NCBI RefSeq assembly: GCF_006345805.1
Contig: NC_043003.1
Location: 40,920,001 to 40,984,000, forward strand
DNA: 64,000 nucleotides
Reading direction: 5' to 3'
Source of the DNA: Octopus sinensis
Taxonomy: Eukaryota
Shown here in pieces: positions 1 through 11,419 of this stretch. Below the pieces are notes generated by a model. It saw only the letters and a list, made by a program, of their open reading frames with translations, was not told where the DNA came from and searched no databases. The first letter of the stretch is position 1, and each line of letters starts with the position of its first letter. The position numbers and the translations under genes are program-made.

Positions 1-4
1 TTTA

Positions 5-42
5 TATTTTGATAAGCATAACAAATGCGCAACCGGTAAAAA
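5..42 (+). ncRNA. Degenerate minimal type I hammerhead motif, U3-A8 core variant
   Basis: Core TTGATAA (9-15), stem II GCAT/ATGC (16-19, 25-28), GCAA in place of GAAA (29-32), palindromic stem III ACCGGT, triplet GUA (A38). Stem I is weak. Confidence 0.5.
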
Positions 43-156
43 GAACTTTCACCTAATTAAATTACTTAAATTACTTCAATTATTTTGTCAGCATTTTCTT
101 CATTTCCTTTTTTATATATCACAACTCGTGTTCGACATCTCCTTTTTTAAATATAT

Positions 157-201
<45 letters not shown>

Positions 202-256
202 GTGTGTGTATGTTTATGTACGTGTTTATGTATGTCTTTATATATATATCTATATA

Positions 257-309
<53 letters not shown>

Positions 310-457
310 CGATGGGTGAATGAATTATCCTATGTTTACCCTCAACGTGGAAAATTCGATGAACCGATACCAGGGTAGCAAATTCACGTCAGAATCACGG
401 TTGAAGCGACCTATCCAAAGTTAGAAACTCCGGGTTCATGTCCAAAAATTTTTGTTA

Positions 458-852
458 TATATGAATCAATAAATAAATGAAGTTGAACGAAGATGTTAAT
501 AAAATTCCTTTACTTTCGACAACCTCTGAACATTCCTTTAATCAACGTACCCCTCCCTCTCTATTTGTTCCCTATTTATTATTCCTTTAACCCTTCTCTT
601 CCTACTATCTAACTTTAACGTCAATTCTACTAACGGTTTTTTTAAAACACTTATTATCGTTTTGTTTATCATGCAGGCAGTAATCGTAATTATTATTTTG
701 TCTTGTTGTTGAGAGAGGCTACCTTTATTTTCTGATGAGAAGATTGCATCTTACACCGTTTATTCCTTTGGAATAAAACCATGTTGTCTTCGAAACATAT
801 GTCGAAACTAAAGGAATTTTATTAACAACGTTCAACTCCATTTATTTATTTA

Positions 853-860
<8 letters not shown>
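458..860 (+). mobile_element. ORF-less PLE-like element with inverted ~65-bp termini and a hammerhead
   Basis: 458-525 is the imperfect reverse complement of ~800-860. Contains the HHR at 722-814. Followed by (TA)n. Confidence 0.6.
722..814 (+). ncRNA. Type I hammerhead ribozyme with intact core
   Basis: CTGATGA (732-738); stem II GAAGAT/GTCTTC enclosing a TTTATTCC-TTT-GGAATAAA hairpin; GAAA (792-795); palindromic stem III ACATATGT; GUC with cleavage after C803; 10-bp stem I CCTTTATTTT/GAAA(C)TAAAGG. Confidence 0.75.
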
Positions 861-906
<46 letters not shown>

Positions 907-911
907 ATATA

Positions 912-1260
912 TAACGGGAAGGTTTACGAAAATAAACAAAAGACGAAGGCAGGTGGAGTACAAACGAACAAATGTATTAGTATGGCGCTCAGGAATAGAA
1001 ATAGAACAAGTCTTTTACGTTTCGAGCCTACGCTCTTCGACAGAAAGATACACAGAATAGAAACAAGGAGAGAAAAAATGCGTGTAGTAGCTAACGATCT
1101 ATCATGGCGCTCTGACTTCAGGCAGAGGTCAGACGTTAGACGCTAGAGGGATAGTAGGGGAGATAAGAGGGTCAAGTGACTTCTAAAACGAAAGTGGCCC
1201 CAACAAGAAGGTGCGTGTGTGTATAAAAGAGTAAGTATGTGCGTGTAAAAGAAGGCTGGT
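912..1260 (-). mobile_element. ORF-less PLE/retrozyme-like repeat, same family as 63255-63510
   Basis: 912-1075 is a close reverse-complement match to ~63320-63510, with the same 3' end (ACCTTCCCGTTA). Carries a minimal HHR. The right boundary is approximate. Confidence 0.6.
1011..1048 (-). ncRNA. Minimal type I hammerhead motif (A6U, extra A after A9)
   Basis: TCTTT-CTGTCGA-A-GAGC(GTAG)GCTC-GAAA-CG-TA-AAAGA: 5-bp stem I, 4-bp stem II, palindromic ACGT stem III. Confidence 0.6.
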
Positions 1261-1291
1261 GGTCTTGACGTGTGCATGTATGTATATATTA

Positions 1292-3437
1292 AAAGACGTT
1301 AAATGACGTGACGTTAAATGAAGTTATATGGGTGGCGTTAAATTACGCTAATTGACGTGACGTTAAAAGAGGTTAACTGACGTGACGTTAAATGGCGTTA
1401 AACGACGTTAAATGATGTCAAATTAAATGACGTTCAATGACGTGGCGATAAACGACGTTAAGTGATGTTAAATGACATGACGTTGAATGACGTTAAATGA
1501 CGTAACGTTAAACGACGTTAAATGACATGACTTTAAATGACGTTAAAAGACGTTATATGATGTGATGAAAAGGACGTTAAATGACGCTATATGGGTGGCG
1601 TTAAATTAAGCTAAATGAGGTGACGTTAAATGACGGTAATTGACGTTAATTGACTTCGCGTTATATGAGTTCAAATTAAATGATGTTAACTAAAGTGAGG
1701 TTAAATGAAATTAAAGGATGTTAAATGACGTGATGTAAAATGGCGTTAAATGACATTATATGAGTGACGTTAAATTACGCAGAATGACGCGAGGTAATTG
1801 ACGTAGCGTTAAATGGCGTTGAATGACGTTAAATGATATAGTAAATAAGGTTAAATGACGTGACGGTAAACGATGTTAAATAACGTTAAATGGCATGACG
1901 TTAAATGACGTTAAATGACGTGATGTAAAATGACATTAAATGATGTTATATGGGTGACGTTAAATTACGCTAAATGACGTGTCATTAAATGATGTCATAG
2001 TAGATAACATTAAATGACGTGACGGTAAACGACGTTAAATGATGTTAAATGGCGTTAAATGACATAACGTTAAATGCTGTTAAATGACGTGATATAAAAT
2101 GACGTTAGATGACGTTTTATGGGTGACATTAAATTACGCTAAATGACGAGACGTTAAATGATGTTAATTGTCTTCGCGTTAAATGACGTTAAATGAGGTC
2201 GTATTAAATGACGTTAAATGACGTGATGTTAAATAACGTGACGTTAAATGACGTTAAAGGACGTTAAATGACGTGATGTAAAATGACGTTATATGACGTT
2301 ATGTGAGTGACCTTAAATTACGCCAAATGACGTGACTTTAAATGACGTTAATTGACGAGACGTTAAATGGTGTTGAATGACGTTAAATGATGTCATAATA
2401 AATAACGTTAAATGAAGTGACGGTAAACGACGTTAAATGACGTTAAATGACATGATGTTAATGACGTTAAAAGACGTGATGTAAAATGACGTTAAATGAC
2501 CTTATAAGGGTGACGTTAAATTACGCTAAATGACGTGACGTTTAGTGACGGTAATTGACGTAACGTTAAATGGCGTTGAATGACGTTAAATGATGTCATA
2601 GTAAATAACGTTAAATGAAGTGACGGTAAAGACGTTAAATGACGTTAAATGACGTTAAATGACGTGGTGTAAAACGTTCATTCACATATAACGTCACTTA
2701 ACGTCCTTTTACATCACGTCATATAACATCGTTTAACGTCGTTTAAAGTCATGTCATTTAACGTTGTTTAACGTTACGTCATTTAACGTCATTCATAGTC
2801 ACGTCATTTAACGTCATTTAATTTGACATCATTTAACGTCGTTTAAAGCCATTAAACGTCACGTCAATTAACGTCTTTTAACGTAACGTCAATTAGCGTA
2901 ATTTAACGCCACCGATAAAACGTCATTAAATGGCATTTTACATGACGTCATTTAACGTCATTTAACTTCATGTCATTTAACGTCATTTAACGTCGCTGAA
3001 CATCACGAAATTTAACTTCCTTTAATATGATACCATTTAACGTCATTTAACGCGATTTAACGTCATTTAGTGTAATTTAACGTCACCCATATAACGTCAT
3101 TTAACGTCATTTTACATCACGTCATTTGACGTCCTTTAACGTCATTTAACGTCACGTCATTTAACGTCATTTAACGTCACGCCATTTAGCGTAATTTAAC
3201 GTCCTTTTACATAACGTCATATAACGTCATTTTACATTACGTCATTTAACGTCCTTTAACGTCATTTAACTTCATGTCATTTAACGTCGCTTAACGTCAC
3301 GTAATTTAACTTCATTTAATATGACATCATTTAACGTCATTTAACGCCATTTAACGTCACGTCATTTAGCGTAATTTAACATCACCCATATAACGTCATT
3401 TAACGTCATTTTACATCACGTCACTTAACGTCATTTA
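1292..3437. repeat. Degenerate GACGTTAAAT/GACGT satellite with orientation switch at ~2678
   Basis: 10-bp units interspersed with 5-bp GACGT. A higher-order marker GGGTGACGTTAAATTACGCTA recurs at 1330, 1593, 1762, 1952, 2121, 2305 and 2508. Units are reverse-complemented (ATTTAACGTC) from ~2679. Confidence 0.9.
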
Positions 3438-3438
3438 A

Positions 3439-3690
3439 AGGAGAAGGGGGGTGGGAAGAATTTAGGAGTGCCTTGATTGCCGTATTTTGAGAGGTCAGTG
3501 GCAGCTAGCTGTTGCCGTTCAATTCATGAGAATATTTCTATTGAAAGCTTTGTTTATAGAATTTGCGTAGGTGTTATACTAAAAAGCTTTTTAGTATAAC
3601 ACGCAAATTCTATAAACAAACCTAGCCGCCACTGACCACTTAAAATACGACAATCAAGGCACTCTCAAATTCCTCCCCCCTTTTCCTCCT
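3439..3690. repeat. ~250-bp imperfect palindrome
   Basis: Centre GTTATACTAAAAAG|CTTTTTAGTATAAC at 3586/3587. Arms pair out to ~3439 and ~3690, with a ~40-bp left-arm-only insert. Confidence 0.85.
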
Positions 3691-3785
3691 CCTCCTCCTC
3701 CTCCTTCTTCTTCTTCTTCTTCTTCTTCTTCTTCTTCTTCTTCTTCTTCTTCTTCTTCTTCTTCTTCTTCTTCTTCTTCTTCTTC
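3685..3785. repeat. (CCT)n/(CTT)n microsatellite
   Basis: Pure trinucleotide run. Confidence 0.95.
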
Positions 3786-3946
3786 CCTACCAAGAATTCA
3801 CAACGACCTCGAACCCACAAGTGTAAACAAGAGAGACAGAGAAAGGCAGAAACAAGGAAAATGCCACTTATATATGAACACTATACAAATATTCTTTTGC
3901 TAAAACTTTTCTTTTAATTTTTCTAAATTTAATTATTTAATCGTTA

Positions 3947-3983
3947 CAGTTGAAAAGGTCTCAAATGACTGAAACCGGTACTG
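3947..3983 (+). ncRNA. Minimal type I hammerhead motif with U3-A8 compensated core
   Basis: CAG-TTGAAAA-GGTC(TCAAAT)GACT-GAAA-CCGG-TA-CTG: 3-bp stem I, 4-bp stem II, palindromic ACCGGT stem III, triplet GUA (A3980). Confidence 0.6.
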
Positions 3984-4071
3984 AAATGTTCTTTATAAAA
4001 TTATGTTAGCATTTTCTATCTTGACATGTTTTTTCATATATATATCAACTCGTGTGTTCCTTTTCATCCTT

Positions 4072-4200
<129 letters not shown>

Positions 4201-4244
4201 CGTGTGTGTGTGTGTGTATGTATATATATGTATATATATATATA

Positions 4245-5116
4245 TTAAGGTATGTAGAAAAATACAACATGGACAAGAACGTATAACTCTTAGAAGACGA
4301 CACAATACATGGACAGGACATTCGAACCCCTCAGTCTTCAGTCAAGAACCGGATCATCGTAGTAATTTCGGCTGATTAATCTTGAGATTACTAGATCACG
4401 GCCAGCCCTCCAAGAAAAACTAAGCAACGAGCATTAGAAAAACTAAGCTGGAAGCGTAGATTTCCTGGAAGAAGGATCGAATGCATACGAACACCAGGAC
4501 AGCAAAAGGGACAGATATAAAAAAAAAAACAAAAAACAATAATGGAATACAGAAACATGAAATACAGAAGCATTAACGGTGAAAACAACAAGTGTCTTAC
4601 GACTGATAACAAGCAAACAAATTTTTTCTCTGGCGCATTGGAAGAAGCCTTTATAGCGGCGGACGAAAAACAACGATGTTAACACGACGAGGGTCAGGAG
4701 CTGAAAGGCAGATTTCGGCCAACAGTCACGTGACAGAGAAGAGGGAAAAGAAAAGAAAGAGAAGCAAAGGAAGAGAGAGAGGACGAGGGACAAAACGCAA
4801 CAAAGAGAGAGAAGAGAGAGAAAGAAGGGATCAGAGAGAGAAGGGATGGGTGTCGAAGAATGACCTGTGAGTGCAGAGCGAGACAAAGAAATAGGAGGGT
4901 AAAGAGAAGAGAAAAAGGATGAGTAGAGAGAAGAGAGAGAGAGAGAGAGAGAGGGGGACAGATCAAGTAAAAATGAGAGAGAGAGGGAGACAAAAAGAGT
5001 CGTACCAATTATTAAGAATATGTGCTCACATTAATGATAAGGTGGGTACAGGGCGCCTGGAATATATGTTAAGGTATGTAGAAAAATACAACATGGACAA
5101 GAACGTATAACTCTTA
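4245..5116. mobile_element. Non-coding element bounded by identical 48-bp direct repeats (PLE-like)
   Basis: TTAAGGTATGTAGAAAAATACAACATGGACAAGAACGTATAACTCTTA occurs at 4245-4292 and 5069-5116. Confidence 0.55.
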
Positions 5117-5319
5117 TATATATATATACATATAAAATATGTATACGACAATCTATTAAATATATCCATAGAGGATTATAGATTCTATTCACGGAATATC
5201 GAGTTAAGCGTCCAGTACATTTTCAATCTGATGCCATGCTAAAAATTTGAATTTATACTGTCACTATTATGTAGCATATTATTGACAAACATATACGGTT
5301 CACTAGTTAATGTACCACA

Positions 5320-5480
5320 GTGACAGCGAGCTGGCAGGAAACTTAGCGTCAGCAAATATCTTTCGTTGTTCCTTATCTATTATGTTCTAACTTCTAATCC
5401 CACCAAGGTCAGCGTTTCGTTTTATAGTTCCGTTGTCGATAAAATAACATGCCAACCTAGTACCGGGAGTCGATGCAAAC
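5320..5480 (+). mobile_element. Degenerate SINE family B
   Basis: GACAGCGAGCTGGCAG head and a GTCGATAAAATAA...GGAGTCGATG segment. Confidence 0.55.
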
Positions 5481-5706
5481 TGCACAACCTCAAAACAGTT
5501 GGCTCATTCGTAAATGATAAAGATTTAATTGGTATACTAAACAATGGTTAATCGAATTTTCAAACTATTTTACAGTATGTTTCTCATAAAGTTGAGTTCC
5601 TCATTCTGAAAAAAAAAGAAAAGAAAATTACAATACAGAAAAACGTTTAAAAAATCTGTCAGTTACAGCAGAGGGAGAGAAAATTGTTACAAATCTCTCT
5701 ACGTAA

Positions 5707-5739
<33 letters not shown>

Positions 5740-5766
5740 TGTATGTATGTATGTATGTATGTATGT

Positions 5767-6147
5767 AGCTACCGTAAACTCTATAACCACTAAAGACACC
5801 GTTTCGACGAAGAAATACGTGGGCCTTACAGAGGGTAATTTCAAGGCCAGGTTCAATAACCACACTTTGAGCTTTAGGCACTGGAACAAAAGAAAAGTGA
5901 CACAATTATCTAATCATATTTGGTCTTTAAGAGATAAAGGTGTCGATTATGGAAGATTTTGGCCAGATGTAAGCCCTATACCAACGGCAGCGGAAGGTGC
6001 GGTCTATGCGACATGGAGAGATGGCTTATCTGGAAAAGCAGCTTAGACCCTACTAGATGTCAAAATACAAGGACAGAACTTTTCGGATCATGCCCACATG
6101 TGACTAAATTTCTGTTACGTTTTTGGTCCCCTAAAGAAAACAGATAG
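5767..6147 (+). pseudogene. Penelope-like element GIY-YIG endonuclease C-terminal fragment, frameshifted
   Basis: KKYVGLTEGNFKARFNNHTLSFRH...TQLSNHIWSLRDKG, then a frameshift into WKILARCKPYTNGSGRCGLCDMER...RTELFGSCPH. This is the typical PLE endonuclease pattern with Cys/His motifs. Confidence 0.8.
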
Positions 6148-6330
6148 AACATGCTTTCTATGTTATGTCCCAAGAAAATTTTATATATTTTTATATATTT
6201 TTTATGTATTTTTATATAATTTTTATGACGAAAAATGCGAGCGATGTATAAGTACGCAGGCAAGCAGAGTTATAACACAGTAATTTCCCTTTATTTAACG
6301 GTATTTTTTCATAGCGTTTTCAAATAGCCA

Positions 6331-6391
6331 GATAACCGAAGAGATGGTGTTGTGGATTTCCACTTCGGCATCTGAAACTCAGAGTTTTACC
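6331..6391 (+). ncRNA. Degenerate type I hammerhead in the PLE 3' pseudo-LTR
   Basis: GATAA-CCGAAGA-GATG...CATC-T-GAAA-CTCAGAG-TT-TTACC. U4C change and one stem I mismatch. Lies ~190 bp downstream of the GIY-YIG stop. Confidence 0.5.
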
Positions 6392-6768
6392 TTGACGACC
6401 GAGTAAAGTAACATATTATTGTATAGATAAATTTCCTCTATTTACATAATATTGAGGTCTCTTTCTTTCTTTTGTTATCTTACCGTTTTATCAATATATA
6501 TATATATAAATTGAATTAGAGATAAAACCACTATTAGGCAGATCAGTGAAAAACATAAACCAAAACATAAAAATAAAAATAATTAATATAATATACAAAA
6601 TATATAAAATATAAAATTTTAAAATTTTAATTATTTAAACTTAAAATTATTAATTTATATTTAATTTTTTTTTAATTTTTGCTCATTCGTAAATTCTAAA
6701 GATTCAATTGGGATACTAAACAATGGTTAATCGAATTTTCAAACTATTTTACAGTACGTTTCTCATAA

Positions 6769-6855
<87 letters not shown>

Positions 6856-8720
6856 ACGTATGAGTTGAAAAACTGAAATTAATTCAAACTATCCTTAGTT
6901 TTAGAAAGCAAAAATCTTACTCGCAGGAAGTTTAAAACAAAAGTTAGCATGCAAGAGAAGATAACTCCATTAGAAATCAAGAAATTCAAAGACTTTCAAA
7001 ATAAGGTTAATGTATTTGAGAATAGATATTGTCGCTTCACCCAATTGACACTTCCCAAATTTGTTACATTCCTATATGTAATGATGATTAAGACAATTGA
7101 GGTAATATACTTCACGGATGACAATGGATGTTGCTTTCATCCGTTAGATTTTGAAGACAAGATAACTGTCTTACAGCATTGTCTTCATTTGCAAAGTAGA
7201 ATTAGATATTTGATACTGAAGTTGTCCTTCGCTTTGAATTACATTATAAACTATACTCGAGAGAGTTTTAGCCTTCTAATCTAAGATACTCCATGTTAAT
7301 TTAAGTACTTTACATTTCAATAACTATCATATTCGAGACTCTAATTATGTATATTTAGCCTGCTGAACGCCCCACATGATGTATGTTTGTGATGTTTCAT
7401 TGTACATAATTATACTGCGGCAGTTATTTGCTTCTCGTTATCGAAAATTGTGCGAGAAATAAAAAGCATAGTCGTCCTTGTATGGATATGAAGTCAGAAT
7501 CTATATACTTCCCTCCAATCACATCAACATTAAATAGTTATAGATTAAACGTTACGCACAATCATTAATTTTACTGTGTGGATTGACTAATGAAGCTTTT
7601 CAGATATACGTCCTTCTTCAAAGACAATATATACATATGTGTGTGTGTGTGTGTGTTCGTGTGTGTGTTCGTGTGTGTGTGCATGTGCGTATGTGTGTAT
7701 ATGTATATATATATATGAATATATACACACTCTCATACGGAAGTTAGCTCATTGCTTTGGTATCGAACCATTCGTAACAATAGTACAATGGTACTAGTTC
7801 AATAGTAATAATGATATTAGTAGCCATAATGATACAATTGAATTAGCAAAATTACTGGATTATTCAATCAATACTGCTGTTTTATTGAATTATTTTCAAT
7901 AGTATTATATGAAAAATCACACCGTATTTTTACTATGTTTTGAATATTTCAATCAGAGTTTAACAAGTATCTTTATTATCCATTGTTATGGCTTTTCCTA
8001 ATTAAGCTAGAAGTGATTATTTTAAAGTATTATTAAGAGTGCTGAATGCGAATAGAGTCGATTTAGAATGGGAAAAGTGGACTTGAATGACGAATGCGGT
8101 AATATTGCAAAGGATTGTTTCAGATGTATCATCATAACAATCAACTTAGAAGGTAGATATTCAGCCTCATGTGATCTGATAGATAAAGCAGTCGATTGGC
8201 ATTCAAATCTCAACTTAATCATAAAGTCTGAAATAAATAAGTACCACCATATTCGATAATATACTCCTCCACACACATATTGCTTGAATAAATAAAAGGG
8301 GTTATGGCTAGAATGTTTATGATATTTGATCCCTCTCCAGCATGATCATTGACCTGAGGTTAATCAACATTACGCTAATAATATCAACGATGACAACGCT
8401 ATCAAATTAACAACGTGAACGGTAACGGGTTGAATATTAAAATCTATTCTTGAGGTAAAAGGAGACTAAACTTGTTAACAAATAGCCAAAGCCCACGATG
8501 TTCATCTGAAATTTAAACGACATTGTTGAAACAAACAAAATTTATTCATCTTGATTTGCATAATTCTGAAATGAAGTGTTTCGGAGTGGACAGTGTATTG
8601 AATTAAATATATATATCCTCATAAACAATTATTGAGAATTGTATCATTCAACATACAATATTTACATTTTACTCTTCTAATAAGTATTCTGTTTTGCAAT
8701 TCAGATAAAATATTAATATT

Positions 8721-9118
8721 GGCGTATGAGTGGCTGTGTGGTAAGTAGCTTGCCTACGAACCACATGGTTCCGGGTTCAGTTCCACTGCATAGCTCCTTC
8801 GGCACGTGTCTACTACTATAGCCTTGAGCCGACCAAAACCTTGTGAGTGGATTTGGTAGACGGAAACTGAAAGAATCCCGTCGTATATATGTAAGTATAT
8901 ATATATGTATATGTTTGTGTGTCTGTGTTTGTCCCTCCAACATCGCTTGACAACCGGTGCTGGTGTGTTTACGTCCCCGTACCTTAGCGGTTCGGCAAAG
9001 AGATCGATAGAATAAGCACTAGGTTTACAAAAGTATAAGTCCTGGGGTCGATTATCTCTACTAAAAGGTGGTGCTCCAGCATGGCCACAGTCAAATGACT
9101 GAAACAAGTAAAAGAGTA
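8721..9118 (+). mobile_element. SINE family A (octopus tRNA-derived, CORE-like)
   Basis: TGGCTGTGTGGTAAG A-box, GGTTCAGTTCC B-box-like segment, internal TA/TG microsatellite, GAAACAAGTAAAAGAGT tail. Confidence 0.9.
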
Positions 9119-9947
9119 ATAGTCCAACTACATTTATATGAACCGCTGTCATGGTATAATTCGTTAGTATGTATATACAATGAGTGTAAATAGGTACTAT
9201 AACGATGGTCTTCACCTGTCTAAATAGATACCGCGTTCAAAGTGAATTACAGCATAGTAAAGAACAGCTCATGTGGAACTGATAAATGATTTCTTTACAA
9301 TCTTGAAAGCAAATCCGCTACTCAGCGAGTAGAATGACGCAGTGTAAGCGGACTGGGACTTATAATTCAGTGATCCGTAGATCGAAACCAAGATCTGCTA
9401 AGTGAATGCCCTAAAATATTATTTTGATATCTTTAAAGACAAAATTCAAAATTATGTATTGTATACGCAAAGGTACAAATTTTATCCGTTACCACACAGG
9501 GTGAGCAAACAATACGACGACTCTGTCGGTTTGCTGATTGAGATATACAGAAGTACTTCAACTAAACGCTTCAATTGGTTTCAATTATCCAGTCGTTAAG
9601 TGACAGACTGTTAAGTGACAGGTAGATTTACAAAGAATTAATCAGAGGTAAGAATCTCAATGATGAAATTTGACATGAGAAATTATTAAAAGTAATAACA
9701 GAACAATGATTTAGGTATAAGCAATGGTGTTATTAAATAAATCTTCTACACAGGATGGTTTATGGTTTAGGTGGAAGGTTTGAAATTTTGATGGTAGAGT
9801 GTTACTCCATTACATCGGTACAACTACTTGATTTTATTTTATCAACCCAAGCGAGGAAACGCAAACTTGACTCTGGCTTAAAATGAAAATAGTGCACAAC
9901 GAGTCGAAAAAATTAACCCACTGCCATTACATGTACTGTGCAGCTAA

Positions 9948-10369
9948 GGATCTTTTCGGTTTGAACGGCAGGTTTTAACATAATTTCTGGGTAACTAAAA
10001 AATTTTAAACTTCGTATACTGGTAGAATGTGTTTATAAAACATCTTTTTCTCTTGGCTTTATTGAGAAAATGCTATAGTTTGCAAGATATTTGTTGTGTT
10101 TTTCTTCAATTTCTGCAATTTCAACCAATCAATTACGTCCATTGAGGTAAAATCATTCTGTGCCGTATGAATATGTCCCTCGTTTAAGAAACAGATTGGG
10201 TTTATTTACATTTCTGAAGAAAAAAAGATACCCTTCCCCCCCACCCTTAACCCTAACCCTAACTCTAAAACAGATTAAAATGCAATAGATCGATACTAGG
10301 GTCATAATTATGGGTGACAATTTCATATGACACCGCTAGAAAAAACTGCCGTTCAAACTGAAAAGGTCC
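9948..10369 (+). mobile_element. Merlin-type MITE, copy 1
   Basis: TIR GGATCTTTTCGGTTTGAACGGCAG and 8-bp TSD GCAGCTAA (9940-9947, 10370-10377). A 5'-GG TIR with an 8-bp TSD fits Merlin/IS1016; the superfamily call is an inference. Confidence 0.8.
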
Positions 10370-10503
10370 GCAGCTAATATTTTTCTTACATTCAACAGAC
10401 TCCAATGCTTCAAAATAATGTATAATGGACGATGCAATCGTGGCAATGTAAATCAGAACTAGAAATAAATGAATGTATAATAGACCCGCTTATAAAACTA
10501 CCG

Positions 10504-10575
10504 AGCAGAGTGGCGCAGTGGAAGCGTGCTGGGCCCATAACCCAGAGGTCCGTAGATCGAAACTACGCTCTGCTA
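10504..10575 (+). tRNA. tRNA-iMet-CAT: Initiator tRNA-Met (CAT), intact
   Basis: AGCAGAGTGGCGCAGTGGAAGCGTGCTGGGCCCATAACCCAGAGGTCCGTAGATCGAAACTACGCTCTGCTA: A1-U72 pair, three G-C pairs in the anticodon stem, AUCG T-loop, T4 terminator at 10581. Confidence 0.97.
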
Positions 10576-11371
10576 ATTACTTTTAATTATTAAGATATAC
10601 ACTACATTTTATAATTTTGATGGCCACTGAGTTATCTGTGAATATCTCCCATTATATATAGGTAAAAAATTAAATTTATCGCTGACAACTGCTTCTAAAT
10701 ATCTATCTTAAATTTCATTACTGAAACGTGTGATACTTTATGCAAGCAACAATTATTTATGTATGTATATATATGTATTTTTTCCTCTCTACGATTTGTA
10801 GTCAGGACTGTAAAAAATAATTTTTCTGTTCAACATAACTGGCAACAGTATATGCTGTTATTTACCGCTAACGACATGCTTAAGATATATGGGATACATA
10901 TACTGTCATTGTTACCTTTCTTGGAGCGAACTCCATTACTGTGGTGCATATTAAAATAGTAAAACTATAAAATTATCCTAGTGTCACTTAAATAATGATC
11001 TCTACTATCACTGTGTTATCACATTTGTTAAGTCTGATCTCTGCCATCATTGTGTTATCATATTTGTTAAATCTAATCTCTTTCATCACTTTCATACTTA
11101 TTTAACAACAAACATTCGCCTCTTTCACTCCACCTCCTTCTCATCTCTAACAAACTATTTACAGTTAGAATGTTTTCCATAGCTGAAATGAATGCATACA
11201 GCAAACATACACACATACACACATATGAATATTTACGCGAAGAAATTATTCACCTATTCAATATAACTAGCGTTACACTACAATTATAGTACTACTATCT
11301 TTAATTGGAAACATTTCCACTGTTGAGATGTATGTACATGCCACATATATGGACAAACATATGTGCTTGTT

Positions 11372-11419
<48 letters not shown>

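Noticed and set aside
6949-7284. 111-aa non-repetitive ORF
   Set aside because: No recognisable motif or splice support; plausible by chance in AT-rich DNA.
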